Shown here in pieces: positions 27,505 through 40,676 of a stretch of DNA of 64,000 nt. Numbering within the stretch: the first letter of the stretch is position 1; each line of letters opens with the position of its first letter. A program made the translations under genes and the position numbers. The DNA is from Octopus vulgaris (Eukaryota): the NCBI GenBank assembly GCA_951406725.2, contig OX597835.1, forward strand, positions 48,298,001 to 48,362,000. Direction: 5' to 3'. Below the pieces are notes generated by a model. That model was given only the letters and a program-made list of their open reading frames with translations, searched no databases and was not told the DNA's origin.

Positions 27505-27720
27505 CTTCTTCTTCTTCTTCTTCTTCTTCTTCTTCTTCTTCTTCTTCTTCTTCTTCTCCTTCTTCTTCTTCTTCCTTCTTCTTCTTCTTCTTCTTCTCCT
27601 TCTTTCTTCTTCTTCTTCTTCTTCTTCTTCTTCTTCTTCTTCTTCTTCTTCTACTTCTTCTTGTCCTCCTATTACTTTTACTCTTTCTTCTTTCCCACCT
27701 CCTCCTCCTCCTCCTCCTCC
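27505..27720. repeat. (CTT)n/(CCT)n microsatellite
   Basis: Directly visible. Confidence 0.95.
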
Positions 27721-28264
27721 TACACTTTCATCCTCTTCCCTCGCCGTTCCTTTTCTTTGTCCTTTGCCTTCATTTATTATTTTATATTTCCTCCTCTTCT
27801 TCCCCCACCCTGCCATTTTCTTTTCTGCTTTTCTTCCTTATTAACCACAGAACCTGTACCATCATTAATTATTCAACCCATGACAGCTAAGTATTGTTTG
27901 TAGCTACTAATATTTCGGTGACTAATAGCTAGTGCAATTAAGCTAATTTCTAAACCGACACATTACTATGAAAGAGACAATCTTTAACGCAACGCGAGTT
28001 TACAAGTTACCGATGAATGTGAAGAAGGAGAGAAATGTGATGAAGAAGAGGAAGGAGCGAAGAGGCAACCAAAACAGAAAAGAGACAAGAAAAAGAAGGA
28101 TTCGCTGTAAAGAAGATTAATTCTCGATGTGAATGAAACTAATTGCTCTCCGGTTACTCTTGAAATCCAAACTGACTTTCAGTCTATGAGACTTAAACTA
28201 ATTGTTGCATTTGTTGTTTTTGTTGCTGCTGCTGTGGTTGTTGTTTTTGTTATTTTAGTGTTAG

Positions 28265-28830
28265 TGTTTAGCCCTAGGTCAATCCTTATTTAAAGCTGAA
28301 ACATAATCAAAATCATTCCACAAGTGATCGTGCAGTTGTGATTTTATATCTAGGAAAGGTACTTTTTATTCTCCACAGAATGTTTCTATATTTAAGACAG
28401 TGGGTATGATTTAAGAAATGCTGGGCTGTTATTTCTAGCATGTTAAGCCATCATCAAGAAGCATCCCTTCTATTGTTGCTATTATTCTTTAGCCGTAAAC
28501 ATTATATTTTCCAATGCATCTTTCCATGTCTAAGACAGCTTGATGTGATTCAAAGAAGACTAGGTTGTTATTTCTAGCGAGTAAAAAAACCCATCAAAAC
28601 TTTCTCCTTGTCATGTTGCAGCTGTTGTTTGTTGTTGTAGTTGTTGTGGCAGCTGTTTTTGTTGCTTTGCTGCTACTGCAATTGTTGTTATTGTTGCTGT
28701 TTAACCGTAGTTCGGTCTTGATTTGAAGCGGAAATAGATCAAAGACATGCCAACCGTGACCATCTAACCTATCCTTAGCTAGGAAAACATTACATTTTCC
28801 AGTGTGTCATACCACGATTAAAACAGTTGC
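28265..28830 (+). repeat. Diverged copies of an interspersed repeat
   Basis: Recurrent TAAGACAG..GGCTGTTATTTCTAGC and ATCAAA..CAT.CCA..CGTGA.C segments at about 28270, 28500 and 28700. Similar sequence occurs near 31310 and 44740. Confidence 0.45.
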
Positions 28831-29131
28831 GGATTCTCCTGTCGAGGTCGGCTGAGGAATTTTCTGCAATTCTTTGACCGTCCAGTCTCGTTTCCTTGCT
28901 AGGACATTCACAAGCGGGAAAACTAGACGGTCAACGGTACTTTCATCGTTGCAAATGGACGTGAAATTCTATGAGCGAAGCGAAAATTCCTCTATCACAC
29001 TTTTTTTCCCAGAAGTTCAATTCTTGATTAAAGCTCGAAAAAGAATTTTTAAAAAATAGACGCAAAATTTGACAACAGATCAAAGTTTGTAAGGATAAAT
29101 ATTTGCGTGATTCGAATGTCACACTCTAAAT

Positions 29132-29398
29132 CAGCGGTTCTCAAACATTTTGAGTGTATGGTTATGGACCCCTTTGATTATTGACCCCTTTAATTATGGA
29201 TCCTTCTGATTATGGACCCTCATACCTATTCGATATTTAAAGAATCCTATTATATATTATTACATATTATTAGGAAGTGTATAAAAAATTATATTTTATT
29301 TCATGTAGAAGAATAACCAATTTTTTACACACAAATTTTAACAATAAAATCTTATGTGGACCCACAAGGGCAATATGGACCCCAGTTGAGAACTACTG
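29132..29398. mobile_element. hAT-superfamily MITE
   Basis: TIRs CAGCGGTTCTCAA / TTGAGAACTACTG, perfect 8-bp TSD CTCTAAAT (29124-29131 and 29399-29406), and subterminal ATGGACCC repeats. Confidence 0.92.
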
Positions 29399-29526
29399 CT
29401 CTAAATACTACGAGTAAATGAGCGACCATCAAGCTGACCAGTGACCCAAGTTTCATTTACCAACTGACTTCGCCTTTGTGCATTTACAAAGAAATGTCAA
29501 TGTACCAAAGCATTTATTACACATAT

Positions 29527-30890
29527 ACGAGGTGGTATCAAAAAGTCCCCGGATTACTCTTGTAGCGCGCCAACAGATGGCAGCAGTGAGATGGCAGCAT
29601 GCGCAATGAGAGCTAGCAGTGACATTCATGAGGCAGAGTAGAGTACCAAGTCACACCTCTGTGTTTATTTCACATGTTGTGAATTTTGTGTTTTTTCTGA
29701 TCACGTGTAAGCTGTAATCTGCGAGTTTTTCACGAACAAAGAATCAACGTGAATTTTTGCGTCAAATTTAGGAAGTCTGCAACAGAGACATTGAGTATTC
29801 TTCGGTAAGCTTTCGGTGACGAGGCAATGGGTCGTGTGCAGTGTTTCGAGTGGAGCGGGCGCTTCAAAAGAAGAAGAACGTTCCTAGAAGATGATGAACG
29901 ATCTGGAAGACCCGCCACGAACGTCGGCGCGGAAATGTGGGGGAAAGTCATCACTTAATGCAGGAGGATTGTCGGAGGACAACCAATGACATTGCTGATC
30001 GTTTTGATCAGTCGAATGGGTCTGTGCAGGCAACCTTAACATCTGAATTGAACATGCGGTGTGTCTCTACTTAGTTTTTCCCTCACCTGAGAGTCGAAGT
30101 TTGTCAAGATCTCCATCAGCGTGCCGTTGATGAAACATCCTTCATGTCGAGGATCATCGCTGGTCAATAGAATTGGATCTACGGGTACGAACCTGAGAAG
30201 AAGCAGCAGTCGTCACAATGGAAGAGCCCTTGAACTTCACGACTGAAGAAGGTATGACAGAGCTGCAGCTCTGTCATGCATGCTCATCAAGAGTATGCCC
30301 AGCGTTGTTCATGACATCCGCGGTGTTATGCATCGAAAATTCGGCCCCGAGACTTCTACTGCGAGGTTTTGGAGGGTTTCAAGGAGGACATTCGGCGAAA
30401 GCGACTGGTATTGTGGAGCACAATGAATTGAATTCTTCACCGAGCTTGTCTCACTCGTGAGTTTCTCGCCAAAAGAAACATCAGATGCCGTTACGTTCTG
30501 AGTTCAAATTCCGCCGAGGTCGATTTTGCCTTTCATCCTTTCGGGGTCGATAAATTACGTACCAGTTACTGGAGTCGATGTAATCGACTTAATCCATTTG
30601 TCTGTCTTTGTTTGTCCCCTCTATGTTTAGCTCCTTGTGGGTAGTAAAGAAATAAGAAACATGATATCGCTTCAGCATCCGCCCTATTTGCCATATTAAG
30701 TACCTGTGGAGTTCCATCACTTCCCCAGTATGGAAAAGCAGCTCAAAGGCTACCGTTGTCGAGATCGAGAGCGAATCACAGAAGGTCCCCAACTCGCTTA
30801 CGGAAAAAGAGTTCCAGGCGGGATTTAACAAATGGGAGGGTCACTAGGACTGGTGTATTGCTGCGCAAGGTGACCATTTCGGAGGAGACG
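29527..30890 (+). mobile_element. Decayed mariner transposon
   Basis: TIR TACGAGGTGGTATCAAAAAGT. Translation EQRINVNFCVKFRKSATETL..CFEWSGRFKRRRTFLEDDERSGRP..., WIYGYEPEKKQQSSQWK, HPPYLPY, WCIAAQGDHFGGD, with multiple stops and frameshifts. Confidence 0.88.
30482..30653 (+). mobile_element. 5'-truncated Nin/Deu-like SINE inserted into the mariner
   Basis: GAGTTCAAATTCC...GCCTTTCATCCTTTCGGGGTCGATAAA...CCTTGTGGGTAGTAAAGAAAT, flanked by the 9-bp TSD AAGAAACAT. Confidence 0.88.
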
Positions 30891-30929
30891 TATATATGTA
30901 TGTGTGTGTGTGTGTGTGCGTGTGGTTGT

Positions 30930-31135
30930 GTGTCTCTGTTTGTCCCCCCAACATCGCTTGACAACCAATGCTGGTGTGTTTGCGTCTCCGTAAATTAGCG
31001 GTTCGGCAAAAGAGACCGATATAATAAGTACTAGGCTTACAACAAATAAGTCCAGAGGTCAATTTACTCGACAAAAGGCGGTGCTTCAGCATGGCCGCAG
31101 TCAAATGACTGAAACAAGTGAAAGAGTAAATAGTG
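30930..31135 (+). mobile_element. CORE-type SINE 3' half
   Basis: Matches 1330-1520 and 13535-13740. Confidence 0.8.
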
Positions 31136-31571
31136 AGTGATTGGTGCATTTACTAGATCCCCGAAGGATGAAAGACAAAATTGATCGCAGTGGGATTTGA
31201 ACTCAAAACTTAAAGATTTGGAACAAATGGTGCAAAACCTTTTTGACGAAGCCCTAGAGATTTTGACACCTTTCTGCCCGTGTCTTGAAAATGTAAACTC
31301 CATGGGATTGGTACAAATGACCTATTGATGAAAGACGTTCCATAACATATTGAATTTTCCAAATTAAGAACACCTGGTTAGAATTTAAAAAAAAAATCTT
31401 AGCTGCTATATCTAGTAAAGTGTGTGACCACGTAGAAGCTCCGCCAAAAGATAATGGCAGTTTGGTATCTCTTTGGATACAGAGGAAATATCGTTTAAAA
31501 ACTGGAGTACAAGACAGGGAATGTTAGAATCATTAGAGCAGCAGAGAGAACACGGTATTTTCTTCTATTAT

Positions 31572-31803
31572 AGGCGGCGAGCTGGCAGAATCGTTAGCAC
31601 GCCGGGCGAAATGCTTAGCCGTGTTTCGTCTGCTGTTACGTTCTGAGTTCAAATTCCGGCGAGGTCGACTATACCTTTCATCCTTTCAGGGTCGATAAAT
31701 TAAGTACCAGTTAAAAACTGGGGTCGATATAATCGACTTAATCTGTCTGTCTGTCCTTGTTTGTCCTCTCTGTGTTTAGCCCCTTGTGGGTAGTAAAGAA
31801 ATA
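31572..31803 (+). mobile_element. Full-length Nin/Deu-like tRNA SINE
   Basis: A-box-like GCTGGCAGAATCGTTAGC, B box GAGTTCAAATTCC, conserved core and tail; TSD-like GGTATTTTCTTC on both sides. Confidence 0.9.
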
Positions 31804-31966
31804 GGTATTTTCTTCCAAAACACAGCGTTCTGCATTCAGATCCTTTCGAGGTTAATTTGCCTTCCACCATTCTGTGGTAGATACATAGTAGAGCAGTAGT
31901 TTGTTGAAATCTTGCAGATTCTGTTTCAAATATTTGCTTCTAAGTCCAAATCAAATGTTTCTTAAG

Positions 31967-32015
<49 letters not shown>

Positions 32016-32955
32016 ACATACACACACACACATACACACTGAATGGCCTGTTGAAAACAACACATTTTCCAAATTCGCAATTTTTTTCTTTTTTGAAAGG
32101 GGAAATCCTTCCCGAAATATTATAGAATCACTCACCTTCCTAAGATATTACAATAGTTCTCTTTGTTTTCATTCATTGCCATCACATTATATATTTTGTT
32201 TAACTCTTCATATGCTAAAAGGGTTTTACAAACATTTATATCATTACAGGAAAAAAAACAAGCTCCCATCAAGATTTGCAAATGGTAGATTAATATTGAC
32301 ATATCATAATATAATTTCCTTGCTTCGATTAGAAAATCGACTTTGAAGATGGTGATTCTATATAAATTCCTCGCGTATAAACATTCCTCTCTAACAATGA
32401 CGTTCATAATATCCAATATCACTTGCTCTGTTATAACAGATTTAGCATCTTATATTCTTGAAAGATCACGCATGCGCGATATTCAGAAGAATTTCTGAGA
32501 TATCTTCCCCTTATTACAAGTCTGCGCCTGTATTTTTGTTGGTTGTTATTGCTTTTCTTTTCTTGTTTCTGTCTGTTCTTTTTGTTTATTGTTTACTTTT
32601 TGTTCTCGTCTTACCATCTTCCTTCTTGTATTTGTTGCTGCTAATTTGACCTCCCACATTTATTTGTATATGCCTATGTATGTATGTATGTATGTATGTA
32701 TGTATGTATGTATGTATGTATGTATGTATGTAGGTAGGTATGTATGCTTGTATGTATGTATGTAGGTATGCTGGTATTCATATATATATGTATGTATGTG
32801 TGTATATATATATATATGTAAGTATACATATATATATATGCATATATATATGCATATATATGTATTTGGGTATGGTGTATGTGTTTGTGCGCGCGTGTGT
32901 CTGTGTGGTATGTAGGATTGACTGTGTAATTTAATATTTATATAAATGCATATAG

Positions 32956-32991
<36 letters not shown>

Positions 32992-33029
32992 TTAGACAGA
33001 AACGTTCATATATGTATACATACATACGC

Positions 33030-33089
<60 letters not shown>

Positions 33090-33942
33090 GTGTATATATA
33101 AGTATGCATGTATGCATGTACGATTGTATGTATATATGTGTGTATATGTTTATATTTTGTGTGCCGCTATTCTGTATTCGCTCTTTCCTTGCTGCTTAGA
33201 TTTACGACATACCGCCGTTTGCGTTGCATGATGAAAAGGCGTTCTACGTCAGAGCAATCAGCTCGAATGATCTTGCATCCAGCCTGCCAGTCAGTCACTC
33301 AGTGATTCAGTTAGTAACATTCGATCAATAGACGTCCACCTTGTTCTACTAATAAATAAATAAATAAATAAATAAATAAAATTCCATGGTTGAAAACAAT
33401 AACATAAATACACAAAGTAAAGAATATAAGAAAGAAAAAAAAAAGGAAAGAAAGTTATAAAAGCAAAAACGGAGCAAAAATGAGGAAGACATCTCGCCTT
33501 AATGTTGCTTGACAGCAGAACTTATAACTGCGAGGTGCAGCGGAGGTTTTAGGATTCGGTTACGTTTTAAGTTGTAGTTGCATGCGATGTGGTCCCTCAA
33601 GTATTTCCCTCGCCGTTGAATCATTTTGCGAAGAATTTTGGCATGGAATCCCCCAAAGACTCAATTAGGAGTGTGATGAGTCCAACACACGCACCGTTGA
33701 CCCAATATTTCACACGAACATTCGTGACAAGTTTAGAACGTCGCAGGTGACATAAACAACCTTAGCACGGACGAGAGTTCGCAAAATAAAAATAAAATAA
33801 AATAAAATAAAATAATATAGAAATGCGAGTGGATGGAGTGATAGAAATAATATAAAAAAAGGGGAAAACAGGAAAAATGTAAACAATAACTGCCATATCA
33901 TAGTCTAGGAAAATCCAGAGAGCTGCACAAAATGCAACGAGG

Positions 33943-33977
<35 letters not shown>

Positions 33978-34090
33978 ATGATAATGCGTGAGCATGGATA
34001 GATATAGGTGTATATATATACATACGCATCCATAAACATATATGTATGTACTCAAATATGTTGATAGATATGCAGATACATAAATATTTG

Positions 34091-34134
<44 letters not shown>

Positions 34135-34192
34135 CATATATATATACACACATATAATACCTATAATATAATACCTATATATATATATATAT

Positions 34193-34224
<32 letters not shown>

Positions 34225-34416
34225 ATATATATTTATATATACATATATATACATATGCATATATATTCATACATACATGCAAACATAACATGCATACATA
34301 CGTACGTACATGTATGTATAAATCAAAATGCATATAATTATGGGAAAATAATCTCCAAAAGCAAATAAACGAAGGAAAGAAGGAGGAACGGTGAGAAACA
34401 CTCCTCCTTTTTCTTG

Positions 34417-34472
<56 letters not shown>

Positions 34473-36137
34473 GTCGTCGTCGTCGTCGTCATTACTAATA
34501 TTGAAACGAGCAAACAACAATGATATTCTTTGGAATCCAGTTTGCTAATAGGAGAGATATGTCCCAGGAGGTTGTAATAATTAAGAATGGACATTTCATA
34601 TTGAGAAATGAGGAGGGGGAAGATATTGATGATGTCGAGGGTAAGAACTTGGTAACACATAGCAACCACCTCAACCTCCGTCGCGCCTCTTCCCTTCAAA
34701 TATACCCAACTAATATTCTTAAGGTTCTTCACTCGCAGACAATCGATAGTGTTTTGTCTATAGACTTTTCGCATGACACTTTCGCCGATCACTTACCGAA
34801 AATATATACCAGGGTGGTGACAGGTCTATGGAGGGTGGTGAAGGGGTAGGAAGGCGCTGACATTGGTGGTGCCTTTCAGAGTGTTTTCGAAGCCGCTGTT
34901 GTTGTTGTTGTTGTTGTGGTGGTGGTGGTGGTCGTGGTCGTGGTGGTCGTGGTGGTCGTGCTGCTGCTGTTGGCAAGATGGTGGGGAGGATTCCTTTGCG
35001 GGTATGTGTTGATGTGTGATGCTGTTGGCTGCGGTTATGAAAGTGGTTGCGATGCTAGTTGTAGTAACGTCATGTGAAGATGGTGGTGGTTGTGGTGATA
35101 GTGCTGGTAGTGGTGATTGTGATGGTGAAGCTGGTGGTGGTGGTGCTATTGGTGCTGGTGGCGCTGGTGGCGCTGGTAGTCTTGGTGGTGGTGGTGGTGG
35201 TGGTGGTGGTGGTGGTGAGAGTGATTGTGGCGGTGGCGGTTCTTGTGGTGGCGATTGTGGTTGCGTTGATGGTAGTGCTGGTGGTAGTGCCGGTGGTGAT
35301 TGCAGTGATGGTGGTGATTATGGAGGTGGCGGTTCTTGTGGTGGCGATGGTGGTTGTGGTGGTGGTGGTGGTGGTGGTGGTAGTATTGGTGTTGTATGAA
35401 GATGACAGTGATATCAGTTGTGATAGGGTTGAATGGAGAAGGTTGAGGTGGTGATGGTGGTGGTTGTGGCGGGGAGGTGCAGTATGAAGACTTCGGTATT
35501 GGTCGTGGTGGCGTTGCATTGAAAGATGACGATGACATTTCTTGTGGTAGATCTACAAGGGAAATGGTGCAGGTATGAGAAATGTACGAAAAGGATGGCA
35601 ATGGAGGTGGTGGAGTGTGTGGAGATGGTCGTGGTAGTTGTGGTTGTTGTGTGTAGGTTGTAGCATTTTGTGATGGTTTGGGTGATGGTGGTGCTGCTGT
35701 TGTGTCGAAGAATCCTGATGATGATACAGTTCGATGGTTTTGCTGTGAAAATGGTGGCGGTCATTTTTATAGAGACACTTTTGTTGTTGTTGTTGTTGTT
35801 GGTGGTGGTGTTGTTGGTGGTGGTGTTGGTGGTGGTGGTGGTGGTGGTGGTACTGCTGCTACTGCTGCTCTGCTGGCGGTGGTAGTGGCAGTGATGGTGC
35901 TGGCGGTTGTACCAGTGCCGGTACATGTGCTGCTGGCAGTGAAGGTGGTCGTGCCATAGGCGGTGGCGGCGGCGGTGGTGCTGCTGCTGATGGCGGTGGT
36001 GTTGGCAATTGTGGTGGTGGTGGTGGTGGTTTTGGTGATGAAGTTATTTATGATGACGTCTCTGTCGCAACTACGAAAACCTCGTAACAATGACAATATC
36101 GTCCCCGACATCATTATAATCAGCAGTAGCACCGACA

Positions 36138-36175
<38 letters not shown>

Positions 36176-36426
36176 TGTCGTTGCAGCGAGATGTAAAGCA
36201 ATGTCGCTTGTGATGGTCTTGTTGATGGTGGCATCAACGTCTGCTGAAAGGGAACGGAATCGGTGCAGCGTAATGGCGTGTCTGCTTAGCCGCAGTTTAG
36301 TCCCAGAATCTATTATGGCTTCTCATTGGCTTCGGAGGTAAGAATGAATACACTTGCACGCATACGCATAAATACACACATACATTCATGCATATATATG
36401 TGTATGCGTGTGTATGTATGTATATG

Positions 36427-36466
<40 letters not shown>

Positions 36467-36579
36467 CGTATATATATATAAATATATATATAAATATATA
36501 AATACATTTATATATATATATATATACATTTATATATATATATATATACACAAACATACAAACATATATATATATATAT

Positions 36580-36808
36580 ATTTCTTTACTACCCACAAGG
36601 GGCTAAACACAGAGGGGACAAAGAAGGACAGACAAAGGGATTAAGTCGATTACATCGACTCCAGTGCGTAACTGGTACTTAATTTATCGACCCTGAAAGG
36701 ATGAAAGGCAAAGTCGACCTCGGCGGAATTTGAACTCGGAACGTAACGACAGATGAAATACGGCTACGAATTTCGCCCGGCGTGCTAACGTTTCTACCAG
36801 CTCGCCTT
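36580..36808 (-). mobile_element. Full-length Nin/Deu-like tRNA SINE
   Basis: Reverse complement of the 31572 family. Confidence 0.9.
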
Positions 36809-36817
36809 ATATATATG

Positions 36818-36853
<36 letters not shown>

Positions 36854-37439
36854 CGTGTGTGTTTATGCGTGCATACAAGTGTAAATTAGTGTGTGTTTGT
36901 ATTTGTGTTCTCTTAAGGGCATCACGAGACTGATGGCTGCCATGGGGCGTCCGTGGAATCTTTAGCCCCAGGACAAAGCGTAAATTATTTTACTCACCCT
37001 TGTTAACTATCGTTATGATATTTGATAACTCCATAATTTCCTCTGATTATTGTTATTTTCATTAGATTTTCTTACTCACAGTTTTGGTAATTTCTATTAA
37101 TTACGCATGTTTTGATTATTGCTGATACGAAACTAGTTGAAGTTGTCTTCCCTTATTAAAAAGAAACCCATCACATTCAGTTTCAGAGTTAGCAACTATT
37201 ATCAGTAAATCACGTGGCCTCTTTTAATCAATGAAATAGTGAGCTATCGCCGTCATTTTGGACAAAAGAATATTTGATTTCCCTCCATTAAACTTTTTTG
37301 CGGTCGAACATTTAAATACGAAAGTTATGAAACAGCTGCACAGAGATACAAGAGTAATTTAAACCATTATGTACCGCATACAATTTCCTTTGATCGTTAC
37401 AGTCAACATACATGCAATCATATATCATTTTAGAAAAGT

Positions 37440-37715
37440 TTATTGAAAATGGAACCAGTTGGAAGAACCATCTTTGCTAATCTCATCCACCTTTCTATAG
37501 AAAGCATTAAAAAACGCTAGAAATAGTTCTTGAAGACGAGCTTGGCCAGATTGAAGGATGCTTGTTTCCAAAGATTTCAAAATATCCACCACACAGCATT
37601 TAACGCTGCAGCCATGAAGCACAGAAATATTTTTCTCCCTTTATTCCCAAAGAAAGGTAGCGCATCGCTGTTCAAGGTAGACATAGCCAACAACCGGATT
37701 CGTATGACATGTAAT
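37440..37715 (-). mobile_element. Old L1/Tx1 ORF2 C-terminal remnant
   Basis: ALPFFGNKGRKIFLCFMAAALNAVWW...IERWMRLAKM aligns by eye to PLPSFNRAGKAVFICLVSVAKEVAWW...FIER of the 60.2-60.6 kb element. Confidence 0.55.
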
Positions 37716-37718
37716 GTA

Positions 37719-38900
37719 TTGGGTTGTCCGGAAAGTTCGTACCGATTTTTAATGGAAAGAAAAAGGTCAATAAATACTTGCCGTTGCATTTTTAATCAAC
37801 CAAATATGAACCATTTTATTGCACAATGCGTCTCCATCTTTCCTTTAACTTGTAAATACCCTTTTCCAAGAATTGAGGTGGTTTCATGACAAAAAATTCA
37901 TCAAGGTATCTTTTTACGTCATCCAAAGAATTGAAATTTTTACCATTAAGACTATTCTGCAGAGACCTGAATAAGTGGAAATCAGAAGGAGCAATATCTG
38001 GTGAATATGAAGCCTGGGGTAACACATCCCAGCCGAGCTGCAGCAATTTTTGTCTGGTTCCCAAAGAAACGTGCGGTCTTGCATTATCATGTTGGAAGAC
38101 AACACCATTCTTGTTGGCCAATTCTGGACGTTTCTTTGAATTGCTGCTTCTAACTCGTCCAGTTGTGTGCAGTATTTCTTAGAATTAATTGTCTGGTTAC
38201 TTGGGAGAAGCTCATTGTACAGAATTCCTTTCCAATCCCACCAGACACAAAGCAATACCTTTTTAGGGTGAAAACCCGCAACTGGGGTGGCTAAGGGTGG
38301 CTCATGTCGCTTAATCCAGGATCGTGTTCTCTGAACATTTCGGTAGATAATCCATTTCTCATCACCTGTCACAATGTGCTGTAAAAAAAGTGCGTTTTCA
38401 TTCCGTTTATAAAGCGAATCATAGATGGAAATGCGATTCAAAAGTTTCTTCTCACTCAACTCATGAGGTACCCAAACATCGTAGCGATTTGTGTACCCAA
38501 GCTTTACCAGGTGCTCATGAACGACGGATTTTGACAGGTTGAGGCTTTCTGCCAATTCTCGGGCTGTGCAAAGTGGGTTATTCTCAATTAATGACTTGAT
38601 TTGGTCATCATCTGTAGTGGATGGTCTGTCAGATCGCTCTTTATCAATAAGGCTCGGAACCTTGCGAGCCACTTCCGTACAGTTCTTTCGTAAACTGGTT
38701 GCTTGTGAGGCATTTTTCCCTTTACGGAAAAAGAAAAGCATCAAGTGCCGAAAATGAACTTTCTTATCTTCCATTTTAAAGGTTTACAGAATTAACACAG
38801 GTTATAGGAACATAAACCTACTTCCACGAAAAGATAGCTTAAACTGTGCTCTAAATGGAGGTGTAGTGAAATCCTATTTTATGGACTCAACCGTGTTCTA
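37719..38900 (-). mobile_element. mariner (D,D34D) transposon with near-complete but frameshifted transposase (about 37795-38774)
   Basis: WVPHEL, IVTGDEKW, HDNARPH and YSPDIAPSDFHLF motifs. One TIR TA|TTGGGTTGTCCGGAAAGTTC at 37719. Deletions in the HTH region, a frameshift near 38135 and a premature stop. Confidence 0.95.
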
Positions 38901-39669
38901 AACTATGTTGAAACGTATGCTACTATAATTACGAAACGTATTGATTAAATACAGCACGAAAGATGAGCAAATACGTCTGCGCAAAGCATTCGAATGCATA
39001 AAACAAATGCGTGTGTGTGCGTGTGTGTGTGTGTGCGTGTGTGTGTGTGTGTGTCTGTGTGTGTGTCTGTCTGTCTGTCTGTGTGTCTGTGTGTGTGTAT
39101 TTAACTGAACTGAATAATAGATTAAGAAGAAATAGGATAAGATCAAAAACAAACGGTTCTTACAAAATCACGCATTTGAATACAAACCTCAAAAATTCCA
39201 TCGGACAATACAGAGAAACAGTAAAGCAGTAAATGCAATTCCCAATAAATTCAAAGAAAAACAAGAACATATTTGAAAATTATTTTTTGAAGACGAAGCT
39301 AATTATAAGAAAAGCTGGTTTTAGACAGCTCAGAACTGCAAGAAAGTTTTGGAATTAAATATTTAAAACATTTATGGGTTGTCGATTGACATATCCACTT
39401 TTAACATTCTTTTCAGCAATCAGGAATAACTATCCAAATAGATCGAATGGCTACTCACAATGGACGGGAACGTTTTTATTCATTGTTTTCTGTATTGAAA
39501 GCAACGAGTTCTCGTCCAGGCATGCGGTTGGCTGCGACGATATGTCATTGAAGAGTCTACTGGGGCAATATTTTGTCGCTCTCCCATATTAATTGTTTTT
39601 AATACAGCACACCTATGAGTGATTCTTTTATCTCCGAACAAACACAGCGATAACTAACCTACCAATATT

Positions 39670-39795
39670 TTTTCTATTCTAGGCACAAGGCCGAAAATTT
39701 GGTGGGGATAGCACGTGTCGATTACATCGACTCCAGTATTTCACTGGTACTTAATTTATCGACCTCGAAAGGATCTAAGGCAAAGTCGACCTCAC
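39670..39795 (-). mobile_element. Nin/Deu-like SINE fragment
   Basis: CTGGTACTTAATTTATCGACCTCGAAAGGAT..GGCAAAGTCGACCTC core. Confidence 0.75.
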
Positions 39796-40591
39796 TAACC
39801 CACCAATAACGTGTATACATTAACTATGGTAACATTACGTATAACATAGACATGTCTATTTGTCTAATGTATTGTCAAAGTGGTTTTTAAGATAATTTGC
39901 TTCTTGTGCCACCGAAACATTGCATGCCCAAGTTATGTAGAAGAACTGACAACCATTCTTCTTACCAAAATGTTATCGAGTGATTAAAAAGGAGACATAA
40001 AGATCCACGCTTGCACTGGATCGATTACAAGGTTTCTGATATGCCTGCTGCATCAACATTCCAAAAGAATATCAATCTGACGACACCATGTTGAATTTCA
40101 TTTCAATAATAATGAAAATAAGGTAACAAATCCCAGGTAATATTTCAGTGAGTCAGTGAAATTTTTTTCACCTTCATTTCCTTCTATGCTTTGTCATATT
40201 TAAGCTTTTGTCTAAATAATTTTCGGTAATACACCGAGAGAGAAAGGATCAAACCCTTCTAACATAATGATTTCATGGGTGGCACGAAAGTGTTTGCAAA
40301 TGCTCTCCGGTGAGTAACCCCTCAGGAATACGAAAGCTGTTGATGAAAGGGAATTAAGAAGGTCATTGAAGTAGAAAAAGACAAGAAACGGAAAATAAAA
40401 AAATGACTGACTAGTGTAGCTGATGATTGAAAACACCAGACGAGTTGATAAACAAAGGGACTCGACTATTCTGATTCCATAAATGTAAGTAAAAATGGCC
40501 TGTGTTGGAATTGGGTGCTTAAGTGAATGAAGAAAGAAAAAAGGGAATTTTCGATAGTAGAACGAATGCTAAAACTATCGTAATACCGTGG

Positions 40592-40676
40592 ATAGTGATC
40601 GATAGCAAGATCTCAATATATAGTGATCGATAGCAAGATCTCAATATATAGTGATCGATAGCAAGATCTCAATATA
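40592..40676. repeat. 28-bp minisatellite x3
   Basis: ATAGTGATCGATAGCAAGATCTCAATAT repeated three times without spacers. Confidence 0.92.

Noticed and set aside
37914-38774. Intact or domesticated mariner transposase gene
   Set aside because: HTH deletions, a frameshift before the second catalytic Asp, a premature stop and one TIR missing.
40592-40676. 28-bp repeat x3 as a CRISPR array
   Set aside because: No spacers; eukaryotic minisatellite.
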